A stretch of 64,000 bases of DNA from Mobula hypostoma (lineage: Eukaryota). Where the stretch lies: contig NC_086101.1 in NCBI RefSeq assembly GCF_963921235.1, positions 156,612,001-156,676,000 of the forward strand, given 5' to 3'. Below are positions 1 through 12,099 of the stretch, piece by piece. The position numbers were made by a program, and so were the translations under genes. The stretch's first letter is position 1, and the number at the start of each line of letters is the position of its first letter. The notes beneath the pieces were generated by a model. The model saw only the letters and a list, made by a program, of their open reading frames with translations, made no database searches and was not told where the DNA came from.

Positions 1-110
1 CAATTAAGCAGAACAAAATCTTCCATTTATTTACCAGATGATCACATTTCAAAGAATATATTACTTTGAAGATTATATAATTTTATCCATGCAAGATACT
101 ACAAACAGTA

Positions 111-378
111 AACAACAGGAATTCTGCGGATGCTGGAAATTCAAGCAACACACATCAAAGTTTCTGGTGAACGCAGCAGCAGGCCAGGCAGCATCTCTAG
201 GAAGAGGTACAGTCGACGTTTCAGGCCAAGACCCTTCGTCAGGACTAACTGAAGGAAGAGTGAGTAAGAGATTTGAAAGTGGGAGGGGGAGGGGGAGGGG
301 GAGATCCAAAATGATAGGAAAAGACAGGAGGGAGAGGGACGGAGCCAAGAGCTGGACAGGTGATTGGCAAAGGGGATA
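111..378 (-). mobile_element. Penelope-like element 3' end (pseudo-LTR) fragment, young subfamily, with target-site duplication
   Basis: Near-identical in reverse to 23190-23456, which follows a GIY-YIG C-terminal coding remnant. Flanked by the direct repeat GATACTACAAACAGT (95-109 and 375-389). Confidence 0.85.
211..246 (-). ncRNA. Minimal type-I hammerhead ribozyme motif
   Basis: Reverse complement reads AGTC-CTGACGA-A-GGGT CTTG GCCT-GAAAC-GTC-GACT: CUGANGA and GAAA cores, stem I AGTC/GACT, stem II, GUC cleavage triplet, palindromic ACGT in place of stem III. Confidence 0.75.
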
Positions 379-799
379 CTACAAACAGTTACCATTTTTA
401 GGTGCTGTTCATTGAAGGAGTAATGTTGTTCAAATTGATTTTGTTATTACTAAAATAGTACCATATTTATTTTCATCCCAAGGCCCAACTGGGCAATTGT
501 AGAGATGCCCATCAATGAGGTCCAATGCTGGGTCCCTCTCGATCAGAACCCTGAACCAACTGAGTACCCAGGACTGAATCCTGACACCAAGACTACCCTA
601 AATGTCCCAAAATCCCTGCTGGAGCCCACCTCACTTCAGGTCATTCAGAAGTGTATGGAAATTACAACTTAGCTTACAGGTCAGCTGAATCTACTCCAGG
701 TTTTCTCGGTCTGCCCAGAAGAAATCACCTACCAATCCAGATGAATCTACTTCACGTCTTCTAGGTCTGTTCTTATAAAGCCACTTACATTCCAGCATC

Positions 800-1195
800 A
801 TACCAAAATGTTGGAGAAACTTAGTCGGTCTGGCAGCACCTATGGAGGGGAATAAGTAGTTGACTCCATAAGGAGGATTCTCATCAATGGATACTGCCTG
901 ACCTGCTGAGCTCCTCCAGCATTTTGTGTGTGTTGTTCAAGAATCTGCAGAATCTCTTGAGTTTATGAATTGCCGGAGAATCTCAACAGTCCAGGCAGGA
1001 TCTATTGAGGGAACTAAACAGTTGATGTTTCTGGCCAAGAACCTCTACCAGAAGTCTTCACTCATGAGCACTGATGAAGGGTCTTCACCCAAAATGTCAA
1101 CTATTTATTTCTCTCCTTAGGTACTGCATGATCTGGTGATTTCCTTCAGTGCTGTCAATGTGTATTGCTCAAGATTACTGCAGAATCTCTTGTGT
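800..1195. mobile_element. Two adjacent degenerate Penelope-derived inverted-repeat (fold-back) units
   Basis: pLTR sequence on the minus strand followed by the same on the plus strand, twice; decayed hammerhead motif CTGATGAAGGGTCTTCACCCAAAATGTCAACT at 1071-1102. Confidence 0.65.
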
Positions 1196-1289
1196 CACTT
1201 GTCACTTACTTTCCAGTCTAGGTGGCTTCACTCCAGGACTTCCAGTTCCGACTATCCGCAGCCATTCCTTCCAAAGTGTGGTAAGAGGG

Positions 1290-1830
1290 CTGGCTGTACG
1301 TGTATGCTGATTCGGCACGTCATCGAACACCTTGACAAACTTCTACAGATGTATAATGGAAGGCATTCTGATTGGTTGCATCGTGGCCTGGTATGGAAAT
1401 GCCAATGCACAGGAATGCAAGAGGCTACAGAGGTTAGTGGATTCAGCAGTTCTTTCTTAGGTACAGCTTAGGTTCTACCTTAGGAATTTTCCCCATCCTC
1501 AATTACATCTACAAGGTGGCTCAGGAAAGTGAAATTCATCATCATGGGCCCCCACTATCTGGGCTGTGGCCTCTCCTCAATGCTGCTTTCAGGCCTGAAG
1601 AGCCACACCTCAAAGTTTAATACAGGTTCTTCCCCACTGCTCTCAGGTTTCTTGAACTGACCGAAAGATCCTAATTCTTGTACTAATGTCTTCATATCTA
1701 TATTCTTCCATTAACTTATATTTATCATGTTGTAATGTGCTGTGATACTGCTTCAAAAAGTTAATTTTCCTGGCATTTATTGATGGATATGTATTCCCGT
1801 GAGAGTAAAATTGACCTAAAATACAAACTT
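1290..1830 (+). mobile_element. Rex1/Babar LINE 3' fragment, old
   Basis: Decayed sequence homologous to the FYRCTVESILTGCITAWYG region of other Rex1 copies in the window (e.g. 13410-13470). Confidence 0.65.
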
Positions 1831-3231
1831 GAATTTTAACTTCAAATATGTTGTGGCTAATACAGGATCTGTGTTAAATCTCAGAGGTAACATACTGTAG
1901 CAAAAGCAGGAAAGGAAGCCTTATTATTAATAGACTATACAATAATGACTATGTTTATACAGACCTGGTTTCCTGTTAACATGGACATTAATGACCTGGT
2001 AGAATCCTATGAAGAACAATGTTTCCCTCTCAAGCAACATTACTACATCATTTATTGTTGAATGAGGGTCACCACAAAGCAACTCTGACCAAATGTCAGA
2101 ATCATTACCTGGCCTTGATGCTTTTTGGGATGCCTTCTTGACATGAAGTCTCATATGTACATTTAAGCTGATACTCTCTTTACACTTTGAACATCCGTTA
2201 ACTTAAGTCCCTTTTGGAAGCACGACCCTGGCCCCGGCACTGACATTGAGGACAGAGGTAACCTGTCCACGTGCCCTGTGAAAGCTGAACTTCATGGAGT
2301 AAGATTTCTTCCTTCTGCTTTTGTTGTTGTACTAGTTCCAAAGCAATAATGTTTTGCCTTTTAATTTAATTCCTTTGACAAAGTGAAAATATTCTACAAT
2401 CATTATAAAACAAATAGATTTACCCTGACAAAAGTCTTTTATGTAAGGAATCTGTCATAAAAAATCCTCATTTTAAATTCCTCTGAAGTAATCCCAAAGC
2501 TAAGGTCATTATAATACTGTCATCCATGTTATATAACAGGTAATGTGAAAGTGACTGAACGTTAAAAGTATTTCATTGTTTGTAAAGGTCATTGAAGGCA
2601 CAATATAAATCTAAGACATTTATTTCAAGTTCCAGCATACTTTATGAATTTGGTTTGAATTAGAAACTCTTCTCAGTTTATTATTATTAGTCTCTTTCAC
2701 AAACAAATCTCATACTGCTGTGATCAAGGCTGGTACTTATTGTCCAATGTTCACCTGTACAACAGACTGATATAAGTGCATTATAATGAGGCTTCCACAT
2801 TTTGTGGTTTCTACAGTTGTTGATTTCTTTTTAATGTGATTGTGAATAGTGATTTCTGTGGACAGATCCTGAACATGGGGTAACATGCTACAAAGAGGAG
2901 GTGGACAAAAAGATGATAAAGAGAGGACAAAGAATTTCAGCAGAAGGCTCTATTCAACAAGCAGCAAGGAGCAGTGTTTGATGGGTCCTGCTTTTGTTGG
3001 GAATATCACCATTGGAAAATGCTGCAAAGTCACTTGCACTTCACCACAAATCAGAGTATGAAGCGCCCTGTGAGCGGTTATTGAGGCTAAGCTGGCCATT
3101 GGTATTTCTGTATAGGCTTGTTCCTATAACCAGAATATCTGCAGCACATCAAAGTACTTAGATGCACATCCAGTTAGAATCTGAATTTCATCCATTATTG
3201 GCATAACTGATTAGGTTTTCTTTTTACCATT

Positions 3232-5030
3232 TTGGAGCTCAAGAAAATGAAGGATATGCAATGGCAAGCATTTAAAGATCGCATGGATGAACTACAACAA
3301 TTGTTCATCCCAGTTTGGCAAAAGAATAAATCAAGGAAGGTAGTGCACCCGTGGCTGACAAGGGAAATTAGGGATAGTATCAATTCCAAAGAAGAAGCAT
3401 ACAAATTAGCCAGAAAAAGTGGCTCACCTGAGGACTGGGAGAAATTCAGAGTTCAGCAGAAGAGGACAAAGGGCTTAATTAGAAAGGGGAAAAATGATTA
3501 TGAGAGAAAACTGGCAGAGAACATAAAAACTGACTGTAAAAGCTTTTATAGATATGTTAAAAAAAAAGATTGGTTAAGACAAATGTAGGTCCCCTACAGA
3601 CAGAAACAGATGAATTGTTTATGGGGAGCAAGGACATGGCAGACCAATTGAATAATTACTTTGGTTCTGTCTTCACTAAGGAGGACATAAATAATCTTCT
3701 GGAAATAGTAGGGGACAGAGGGTCCAGTGAGATGGAGGAACTGAGGGAAATACATGTTAGTAGGGAAGTGGTGTTAGGTAAATTGAAGGGATTAAAGGCA
3801 GATAAATCCCTAGGGCCAGATGGTCTGCATCCCAGAGTGCTTAAGGAAGTATCGCAAGAAATAGTGGATGCATTAGTGATAATTTTTCAAAACTCTTTAG
3901 ATTCTGGACTAGTTCCTGAGGATTGGAGGGTGGCTAATGTAATCCCACTTGTTAAAAAAGGAGGGAGAGAGAAACCAGGGAATTATAGACCGGTTAGCCT
4001 AACATCGGTGGTGGGGAAACTGCTAGAGTCAGTTATCAAAGATGTGATAACAGCACATTTGGAAAGCGGTGAAATCATTGGACAAAGTCAGCATGGATTT
4101 GTGAAAGGAAAATCATGTCTGACGAATCTCATTGAATTTTTTGAGGATGTAACTAGTAGAATGGATAGGGGAGAACCAGTGGATGTGGTATATTTAGATT
4201 TTCAAAAGGCTTTTGACAAGGTCCCACACAGGAGATTAGTGTGCAAACTTAAAGCACACGGTATTGGGGGTAAGGTATTGATGTGGACAGAGAGTTGGTT
4301 GGCAGACAGGAAACAAAGAGTGGGAATAAACGGGACCTTTTCAGAATGGCAGGCAGTGACTAGTTCGGTATCGCAAGGCTCAGTGCTGGGACCCCAGTTG
4401 TTTACAATATATATTAATGACTTGGATGAGGGAATTAAATGCAGCATCTCCAAGTTTGCGGATGACACGAAGCTGGGCAGCAGTATTAGCTGTGAGGAGG
4501 ATGCAGGGTGACTTGGATAGGTTAGGTGAGTGGGCAAATTCATGGCAGATGCAATTTAATGTGGATAAATGTGAGGTTATCCACTTTGGTGGCAAAAACA
4601 GAAAAACAAATTATTTTCTGAATGGTGGCCGATTAGGAAAAGGGGAGGTGCAACGAGACCTGGGTGTCATTATACACCAGTCATTGAAAGTGGGCATGCA
4701 GGTACAGCAGGCGGTGAAAAAGGCGAATGGTATGCTGGCATTTATAGTGAGAGGATTCGAGTACAGGAGCAGGGAGGTACTACTGCAGTTGTACAAGGCC
4801 TTGGTGAGACCACACCTGGAGTATTCTGTGCAGTTTTGGTCCCCTAATCTGAGGAAAATCATCCTTGCCATAGAGGGAGTACAAAGAAGGTTCACCAGAT
4901 TGATTCCTGGGATGGCAGGACTTTCATATGATGAAAGACTGGATGAACTAGGCTTATACTCATTGGAATTTGGAAGATTGAGGGGGGATCTGATTGAAAC
5001 ATATAAAATCTATGTTTCTATGTTTCTATG
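3232..5030 (+). mobile_element. CR1 LINE ORF2 fragment (reverse transcriptase), 5'-truncated and frameshifted
   Basis: Overlapping ORFs 3232-3588, 3570-4511, 4417-5031 contain GPDGLHPRVLKE, NYRPVSLTSVVGK, QHGF, YLDFQKAFDKVPH, SKFADDTK, LVRPHLEY; ends in a (TTCTATG)n CR1-type tail. Confidence 0.95.
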
Positions 5031-5904
5031 AAACATCAAGACATAATTTGTACATTTGGTGACATAGGTGCAGCCAAGCTGCGCAGTTGCTATAACAATG
5101 AGGGAAAATGGGGGTAGGATGACAGGAAATGTAGAGGGAGGGGTGACTAGGGCATTGAAGAGTCACAGCCAGAATCAGGTCGGGCGTAGGGTTGTGACTC
5201 GTTTAGAATGTGTCACTGAGTCCATTCAAGCTGCTTTGCTCCCTAGTATTGGTGCTACAATAGGAACAGGCAAGGGGGTAGCAGGAAGGAAGGGGTTAAT
5301 GGAGCACTGTTCTTCAGATAGGTCTCTCCTATCACATAGAGTGAGATAAAGAATTGATCTGTGCTCACAAATACTGGTTACAAAATTGTTGAACTATTTA
5401 AATGACTGGGGATGGGATGGGAATTTATAAAATATGAAGATTGCATTTCAGGGAACACCTTAAATCACATGGGTTTCACTACATTCAGTGTGACATATTC
5501 CTTAGTTGAACTCTGAGCTTATTACGGAAGTCTCAAATCAGGAGATTGATCCAGATTCTGTCAGTACCTAGTGAATGGGCATTCAGGTTAGTTGCTGGAC
5601 ATCGAATCAGAGTTACACAACAACTTTGTCTCAAAAGTATGGGAACTGCTTATGGAATAGGCTGACGGAAGTCGTCTGCCAGCTTTATTGTTGTGATAGT
5701 GCGAATTATGTGGTGTGAGCTTAGTGCTCACTCCTGCATACTCCTTAATTGTGCAAACAGAATATTTGGCAGAATTGTTAATCATCAAGAATTGACTATA
5801 ATTATGATTCTTCACTTACACGCTGTCCACCTTCTCCACTTAGGCCTTCAGAGAAACGGCCAAAAGGCAAAAGGGGCTGTACTATGTGATGTCATCACCT
5901 CCAG

Positions 5905-6450
5905 AGTTAGGCCTCATTGAAAGTGCGGCATGCATCTCTAGTTGCCATGTTAGAGGAAGGATGTGGAGGCCTTGGAGAGGGTGCAGAAGATGTTCACCGC
6001 GATGCTGCCTGGACTGGAGAGTATTCACTATAAGGAGAGGTGGACAAACTTGGATTGTTTGCTTTGGAAGATTTGAGGCTGAAGAAAGACCTGGCAGAAG
6101 TGTATACATTCAGGACAGGTGTAGATAGGATTTTTGTCAAGCTCTTTTTCTCAGGGTGGACATGTCAAAGACACAGTTCATAATGATGATGATGAACATG
6201 TGAGGCAAGTCTTTTTAACACAGAGAACAGTAGATTCCTGGAAACTGCTGCTGGGGTAAATAATGGAAGCTGATATGAAAGCAATGAACAAAGAAGGTAA
6301 AAGCATTGGAACTAAGAGACGACAGGCAGAGAATAGAGGGTATGGCCTGTTTTCAGACAGATGAGATTAGTTGAGATAAGCATCATGGTTGGTAGAAAGA
6401 TGGTGGCTGAAAGGGTTGTTCCTGTGATGTACTATTCTATGTTCTGTGTA
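5905..6450 (+). mobile_element. CR1 LINE 3' fragment, old
   Basis: GGAGAGGGTGCAGAAGATGTTCACC...GATGCTGCCTGGACTGGAG matches the ERVQRRFTRMLPGLE region; ends with TTCTATGTTCTGTG tail. Confidence 0.75.
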
Positions 6451-6509
6451 AATGGTCTCAGTCCTTGCCTCTTTCCATTTATGAGGTGCAGACTGTTAAC
6501 TTGTGCAGT

Positions 6510-7100
6510 AACACCCCTCCCCCATACCAGACAGCAATGCAACTAGTCAGAATGCTCTCCATGGTGCATCTGTAGAAATTAGCGCGTGTCTTTGGTGATA
6601 TGCCAAACTGCCTCAAACTCCTAATGAAATATAGCTGCTGTTGTGCCTTTGTAGCTGCATCAATATGTTGGGTCCAGAATCAATCCGCAGAGATAACACC
6701 CAGGAACTTGAGACTGCTCACTCTTTCCACTTCCAATCCCTTTATGAGGACTGGCATGTGTTCCTTCATCTCACCTTTTCTGAAATCCACAATCAGTTCT
6801 TTGGACTTACTGAGATTGAGTGCAACGTTGCTGCAACACCACTCAACTAGCTGATATATCTCACTCCTGTACACTGTCTCATCATCATCTGAAATTCTGT
6901 CAACAATAGTTGTATCATCAGCAAATGTGTAGATGGCGTTTGCGCTGTGCCTAGCCAAACTGTCATGGGTGTAGAGAGAGTAGAGCTAGGCACACATCCT
7001 TGAAGTGTGTTGTAGCCTCTTGTAGCCTCATTGGTATTTCTATACCAGGCCATGATACAAACAGTCAGAGTGCTTTAGACTATATATCTGTAGAAGTTCA
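6510..7100 (-). mobile_element. Rex1/Babar LINE RT fragment
   Basis: ORF 6680-6958(-) has IYTFADDTTIV, LVEWCCSNVALNLSKSKELIVDFRK and KFLGVI. Confidence 0.9.
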
Positions 7101-7289
7101 TATTAATAAGTAGAGTTGTCAAAATAAATCTGCCTCTATCACCAGCTTGAATGGGTATTAATAAATCATGAATCAAGTATTGACACGCCTGCTACTCCTC
7201 AGGCTAGCCACATGCATCCTCCCCAAACTACTTCACCCTAAAATTAATTGTGTGCATCTGGATGCTGTGATATTTCAATTGTCCTGATA

Positions 7290-7670
7290 TACACTTACCC
7301 TATAGTCTGGACAGATGGAGCTTGTCACCTGGGTTTGGCAACTCATCTAAGAGAAGGAGAACTCTGTTTCCAAGCCTCCATTGCCTTGCAGCTAAACCCA
7401 CTCATTACAAAGGCTTCAGGAGTGAACCCTAAAGAAATATCCAGAGCTGGAATACCAAGCTCAACACTGACTGGCAATACCTGCAATGCCATTGGAGACA
7501 AACTATACCAGTCTCCGATGTTCCTTTGGATTCATCAGCTGCGTGGAGAGGGGGAGCACGCTGCATGGACATCAGCTTGCTCCTCATATCATATTGCTCA
7601 TGCTTGGGTACTCACAAAGACCAATTGTATGCAATATCAATGGTTGACCCCAACCAATGGAGCCCAAATG
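7290..7670 (+). mobile_element. Probable RTE-related non-autonomous element (RTE 5'-UTR-like)
   Basis: GGCAACTCATCTAAGAGAAGGAGAACTCTG...AAAGGCTTCAGGAGTGAACCC resembles RTE-clade 5' regions as recalled; no search run. Confidence 0.4.
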
Positions 7671-8031
7671 TATACTCTAGAAGGCAGATGAATGAACACT
7701 CCAGTACAATAGGAAGCTCTTTGTATGCAGGACGTAAAAAGATTGGATTTGTTGAACTTACATTTTAATATTGTGTGGAGGATAACTAGCGCAGGCATGA
7801 TACCCCAGTTAGCAAAGTACGTTCATTAAGCCAGCAAGAAAATGCTTGTAACTGGCAGCTTTAATAAAAGACTATTAGAAAATGCTCCAAGACAATCATT
7901 ACTTCAACTAACATGTCTAACATGATAGAAAATGCCAAGCTGCTTCACAGGATTAAACCAGGTCTAATGCAGGGTTTAGAAGGAAGCAAAAGAATTGAAG
8001 AGACGTAGGGGTTTGGGGAATAATTCTGGAC

Positions 8032-8090
8032 AAGGGGTTCACAACCTTTTTTATGCCATGGACCAATACTATTAAACAAGAGGTCCATGG
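8032..8090 (+). mobile_element. hAT (Charlie-like) MITE left end
   Basis: AAGGGGTTCACAACCTTTTTTATGCCATGGACC resembles the CAGGGGTTCCCAACC terminal repeat and is preceded by TTCTGGAC (NTCTAGAN-like target). Confidence 0.45.
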
Positions 8091-8460
8091 AGTCTTCACT
8101 GCGGAAGACACTAGCAGTGTGCCAGAGGTCTGTGAGTGTCCAAGAGCGGGAGTAAGCACCATTGCTATTACAAAGGAGAAAGTGATAGCCAAGCTGAAAG
8201 GCCTTAAGGTGGATAAGTCACCTGGACCAGATGGACTACATCCTAGAGTCCTGAGAGAGGTTGCTGAAGAGATAACAGATGCATTTGTCATGATCTTTCA
8301 AGAATCACTTGATTCTGGCATGGTCGCAGAGGACTGGAAGATTGCAAATACCACTCCATTCTTTAAGAAGGGAGGAAGGCAAAAGAAAGGAAATTATAGG
8401 GCTCTGTGGTTGGGAAAGTGTTGGGTGTCTGTTATTAAGGATAAGGTTTTGGGGTACTTA
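8091..8460 (+). mobile_element. CR1 ORF2 internal fragment
   Basis: ORF 8053-8466 encodes VFTAED...KSPGPDGLHPRVLREVA...EDWKIANTTPFFKKGGRQKKGNYR. Confidence 0.9.
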
Positions 8461-9097
8461 AATTGAATTGAATTGAAATGATTTCATTACTTACATCCTT
8501 CATATACATGAGGAGTAAACATCTTTACCTTACATTTCCATCTAAATGTGCAATGTGCAATTTATAGTAATTTATAATAAATAATATGTATAACAGGATA
8601 GTCAATATAACATAGAAATACAGTGCGTCAGCATGAGTTAAACAGTCTGATGGTCTGGTGGAAGGAGCTGTCCCAGAGCCTGTTGGTGCTGAATTTTATG
8701 CTGCGATACTGTTTCCCAGATGGTAGCAGCTGGAACAGTTTGTGGTTGGGGTGACTTGGGTCCCCAGTGATCCTTCGGGCCCTTTTTACACACCTGTCTT
8801 TGTAAATGTCCTGAACAGTGGGAAGTTCACACCTACCACTCTCTGCAGAGTCCTACAATTGAGGGAAGTACAGTTCCAATCCCAGGCAGTGATGCAGCCA
8901 GTCAGGATGCTCTCAATTGTGCCCCTATAGAAAGTTCTTAGGATTTGGCAGCCCACACCAAACTTCTTCAACCGTCTGAGATGAAAGAGGTGCCGTTGTG
9001 CCCTTTTCACCACACAGCTGGTATGTACAGGTCACGGGAGATCCTCAGTGATGTTTATTCCGAGGAATTTAAAGCAGTTCACTCTCTCAACCCCAGA
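8461..9097 (-). mobile_element. Rex1/Babar LINE 3' fragment with (CAATT)n tail
   Basis: ORF 8786-9013(-) has KRAQRHLFHLRRLKKFG and FYRGTIESILTGCITAW; tail AATTGAATTGAATTG at 8461-8475. Confidence 0.9.
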
Positions 9098-9439
9098 TTA
9101 CACTTTGCTAGGAAGGTAATATAAAAGCTAATTTTAATTTTCGCCGAGCATGTTGTTCATCTGAGGATCTTGCTGACATGTCAGAGTTATTTCTTAAACG
9201 GAAGAGTCTATTTTAACCTGTGCATCAATACATCTCCTTTCAGATGACTACAGGTATAAACCCTTCTGCACTTTCAAGCCTGAGAAATTATGTTCACCCA
9301 ACTGCTCAAAAATGAAATGTTTTAGTTTTCCTGGAGATCACTCTCAATCATTAAAATGCTTCTTTTATGGGAGGATACTGAAACCAAAAATTAGAATGTC
9401 ATGTAGTAAAGCAATAAGAGGAGGTTTAATTATACTATG

Positions 9440-9640
9440 AGACACAAGAGACTGCAGTTGCTAAAATCTGGGCAACACACAAACTGCGGGAGGAACTCAA
9501 CAGGTCAGGCAGCCTCTGCGGCAGGAAATTGATAGTTGGCATTTCATCTGGACTGGGTTTCATCCTGGAACATCATCTGTTCATTTCACCCCATAGCTGC
9601 TGCCTGATCTGCTGAGTTCCTCCAGCATTGTTTTGTGTTG
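9440..9640. mobile_element. Penelope-derived inverted-repeat unit, old
   Basis: Left arm GGAGGAACTCAACAGGTCAGGCAGC pairs with right arm GCTGCCTGATCTGCTGAGTTCCTCC. Confidence 0.7.
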
Positions 9641-10584
9641 CATTTAAATATACCTGTGTTTTCTCACCTACTTAATTGTGCCATTTTAGCAATATGTGAG
9701 TATACCATAGAGTGATACTTCAGAAAGATATGAGACTATTTAATTAAACATAATCAATGTTAGAATATCTTTACTTTTATATAAGATCTGGCAATTTTGT
9801 TGCTCCAAATATAGTATTCACCAAGGCCTAATGTTAATCATAATTCCATTTTTTTTTATTTGCCTCATTAGTAACACTTCTTGCATCTTTTATTCTAACC
9901 TTTGTTTTTGCACAGACTTCTCTGTCCCGATTTCGCAAATAAATAAAACTCACAAACAGTATGTTGTGTAATGGATCCTTTATTTTAAGACGATCAGTCC
10001 TTTTTGAGAGTAATTAAAGAGGAACTTTACTGAATTGTGGCTATTGGGAACAGGAAGTGAAACCTGAGGCAAATCAGCCATGATCATTTTGAATGGCAGA
10101 GCAGGTCTGAGGGTTGAATGGCCTACTTCTGCTCCTGTTTTCTTGTATAATTATGTCAAGATAACATCAAAAAAAAATCCTGAAGACTCATCTGTGTTCA
10201 CTCTCTCACCAACTGCAATGAAGAATGAAGAGCATCAAACAAGGAGGAACTCAATAGGTCTAGTCGTATCGATGGAAGGAAATGGACAGTCACATTTTGG
10301 GTCAAGATCTCTTGTCATGGTTGGGAGCCTGCAGAATGAAGAATTGCTCTAACATTTTGATAACCACTCTATATCTATAGAAATCGCAGTGTTGATTTCA
10401 GCTCGAGATACATTCAGGCTTAGCAGATCTGGGTGACTTCAGCCTCTGGAATAAGTAACATTTGGATCATGAAAGTGTCTTCATGTAGAGGATTTTACCA
10501 TCTTCTGTTGATATTAATAACGTTAGGCTCACCAAGTCCTACACCATCGGCATCCCATGGGCCCCCATTGGAATTGCTTTGTTG

Positions 10585-11000
10585 ATTTATTATTGTTACC
10601 CTTACTGAGGTAGCATGAAGAACTTGCCTTTCATACCGTCTAGACAGATCAAACCATTACACAGTGCACTGAGATAATACTAGGTATAACAAGGTGAATC
10701 CATGAATGCAGAAAGAAGTGTAACAGCTACAGTGAAAACTGCAGTACAGGTAGAGAATAAGGTGCAAGATTATAACAAGGTAGATTGTGAGGTTAAGAGT
10801 CTATCATATTGTACTAGGGAACCATTAAATAGTTTTAAATCAGCAAGGTAGAAGCTGTCTATGAGCTTGATGGTGTGTCCTTTCAGGATTTAGTATCTTC
10901 TGCTCAGTGGGAGAAGGGAGAAAAGAGAGTGAGTGGGGTCTTTGAATATGCTGGCTGCTTTACTGAGGCAGAGAGAAGTGTAGAGAGAGTCCATGGAGGG
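10585..11000 (-). mobile_element. Rex1/Babar LINE 3' fragment, old
   Basis: ORF 10890-11111(-) ends in PSMDSLYTSLCLSKAASIFKDPTHSLFSLLPLSRRY. Confidence 0.75.
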
Positions 11001-11429
11001 GACCAAAGAGTAAATAGAGCAACCACAGAAATACAGCGGATACAAGAGCAGAACAGAGGCTAGGTTTGTGTGGCGAGTATCTCTCCCCCTGACATTCAAA
11101 AGCTTCTCCATTATCTACACAGCACAAATTAGGCCTTTGATAGCATAGTCTTCCCTTTTCTAGCTGGTCTAGATGATGCCGGTGATCATCGTCGACGTTT
11201 TCTGGACTGCAGAAAAGAAAATTAATCTCAGTGTGGTATATGGCGACATTAGGCACTTTGCCAATAAAATTAACTTTGAACTTTGAACTTTAAGGCATCA
11301 CTTATTTGAGATATTAATTCTACTTCTCTTCCCATAACTGCAGCTTACTCTGCTGAGTTTTGGCAAAATTTTCTGTTTTTATTTTGGATTTCTAGTATTT
11401 GTAGCTCTATCATTTTCATTTTCACCACT

Positions 11430-11830
11430 TGCCTGGATAAGTGCTCTACCCTCCCAGGGCATCCTTTCAGTCATCCTAAACATTCACTCCTTCCATCTTT
11501 GGTGCATAGTAACTGTAGAGCACACTATCTTAAAAAAAACTAGTTTCTCACTGAGTCTACCCAGAGCTTTCCAAACGCTTCACCTCTATCTACAACAACA
11601 TAAGCAGGAGATTCAGAGGAATATTACCACCTGAAAGTTCCCCTCTGAGCTGTGGGTCACCCTAATTTACAAATGATCATTGATGGGTCTAAACAGTACC
11701 CATGCAATAGTATCGTGTGGGTATCTTCACCAGATGAACTGCAGTGGTAGAAGGCAGAGGTTCAACACCACCTTCTCAAGAGCAATGAAGGATTGGCAAT
11801 AAATTTTGACTTTTTCTGTGATGTTCAAAC
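11430..11830 (+). mobile_element. Old 3' fragment of the CR1-group (Zenon-like) LINE seen at 50525-51530
   Basis: CACCACCTTCTCAAGAGCAATGAAGGATTGGCAATAAAT is homologous to 51438-51477. Confidence 0.7.
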
Positions 11831-12099
11831 TAACGAGAAAACAGAATAAATTTTAAAAAGCTTATGGGTGGGAGTGAAAGCTGGGTCAAAGGTCCAAGAA
11901 AAGCAGGGACTCCTAGATAGTGGTTTAAATAAGTTGCTGGTATCTGGAGAGAGAGGGATGAATTTGTGCTGGAGCAAGGATTTGCAAACATTTCTTGCAG
12001 AGCCTGAGGAGTCCACCCTGCTCTCTCTGACTGATGAACTGAGTGTTGAAAAGTCTGTTGCAATAAAAAAACTGGAGGTTAAAAGGTTATTGCATCTCT

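Noticed and set aside
38-415. 125-aa ORF and overlapping minus-strand ORFs as a host gene
   Set aside because: Mostly read-through of the Penelope pLTR insertion; the same peptide recurs at 23090-23485.
2205-3000. Further exon-like frames (PFWKHDPGPG...ELHG before GTAAG; DPEHGVTCYKEE...)
   Set aside because: Weak acceptors, short frames and no recognisable homology; not distinguishable from chance.
3570-4511. 313-aa RT ORF as a functional or domesticated gene, or a retron/DGR-type RT
   Set aside because: Ordinary CR1 ORF2 fragment with frameshifts at both ends and many homologous decayed copies nearby.
7248-7691. 147-aa ORF as a host protein
   Set aside because: No recognisable domain, non-ATG start, and it overlaps a probable RTE-related non-coding repeat.
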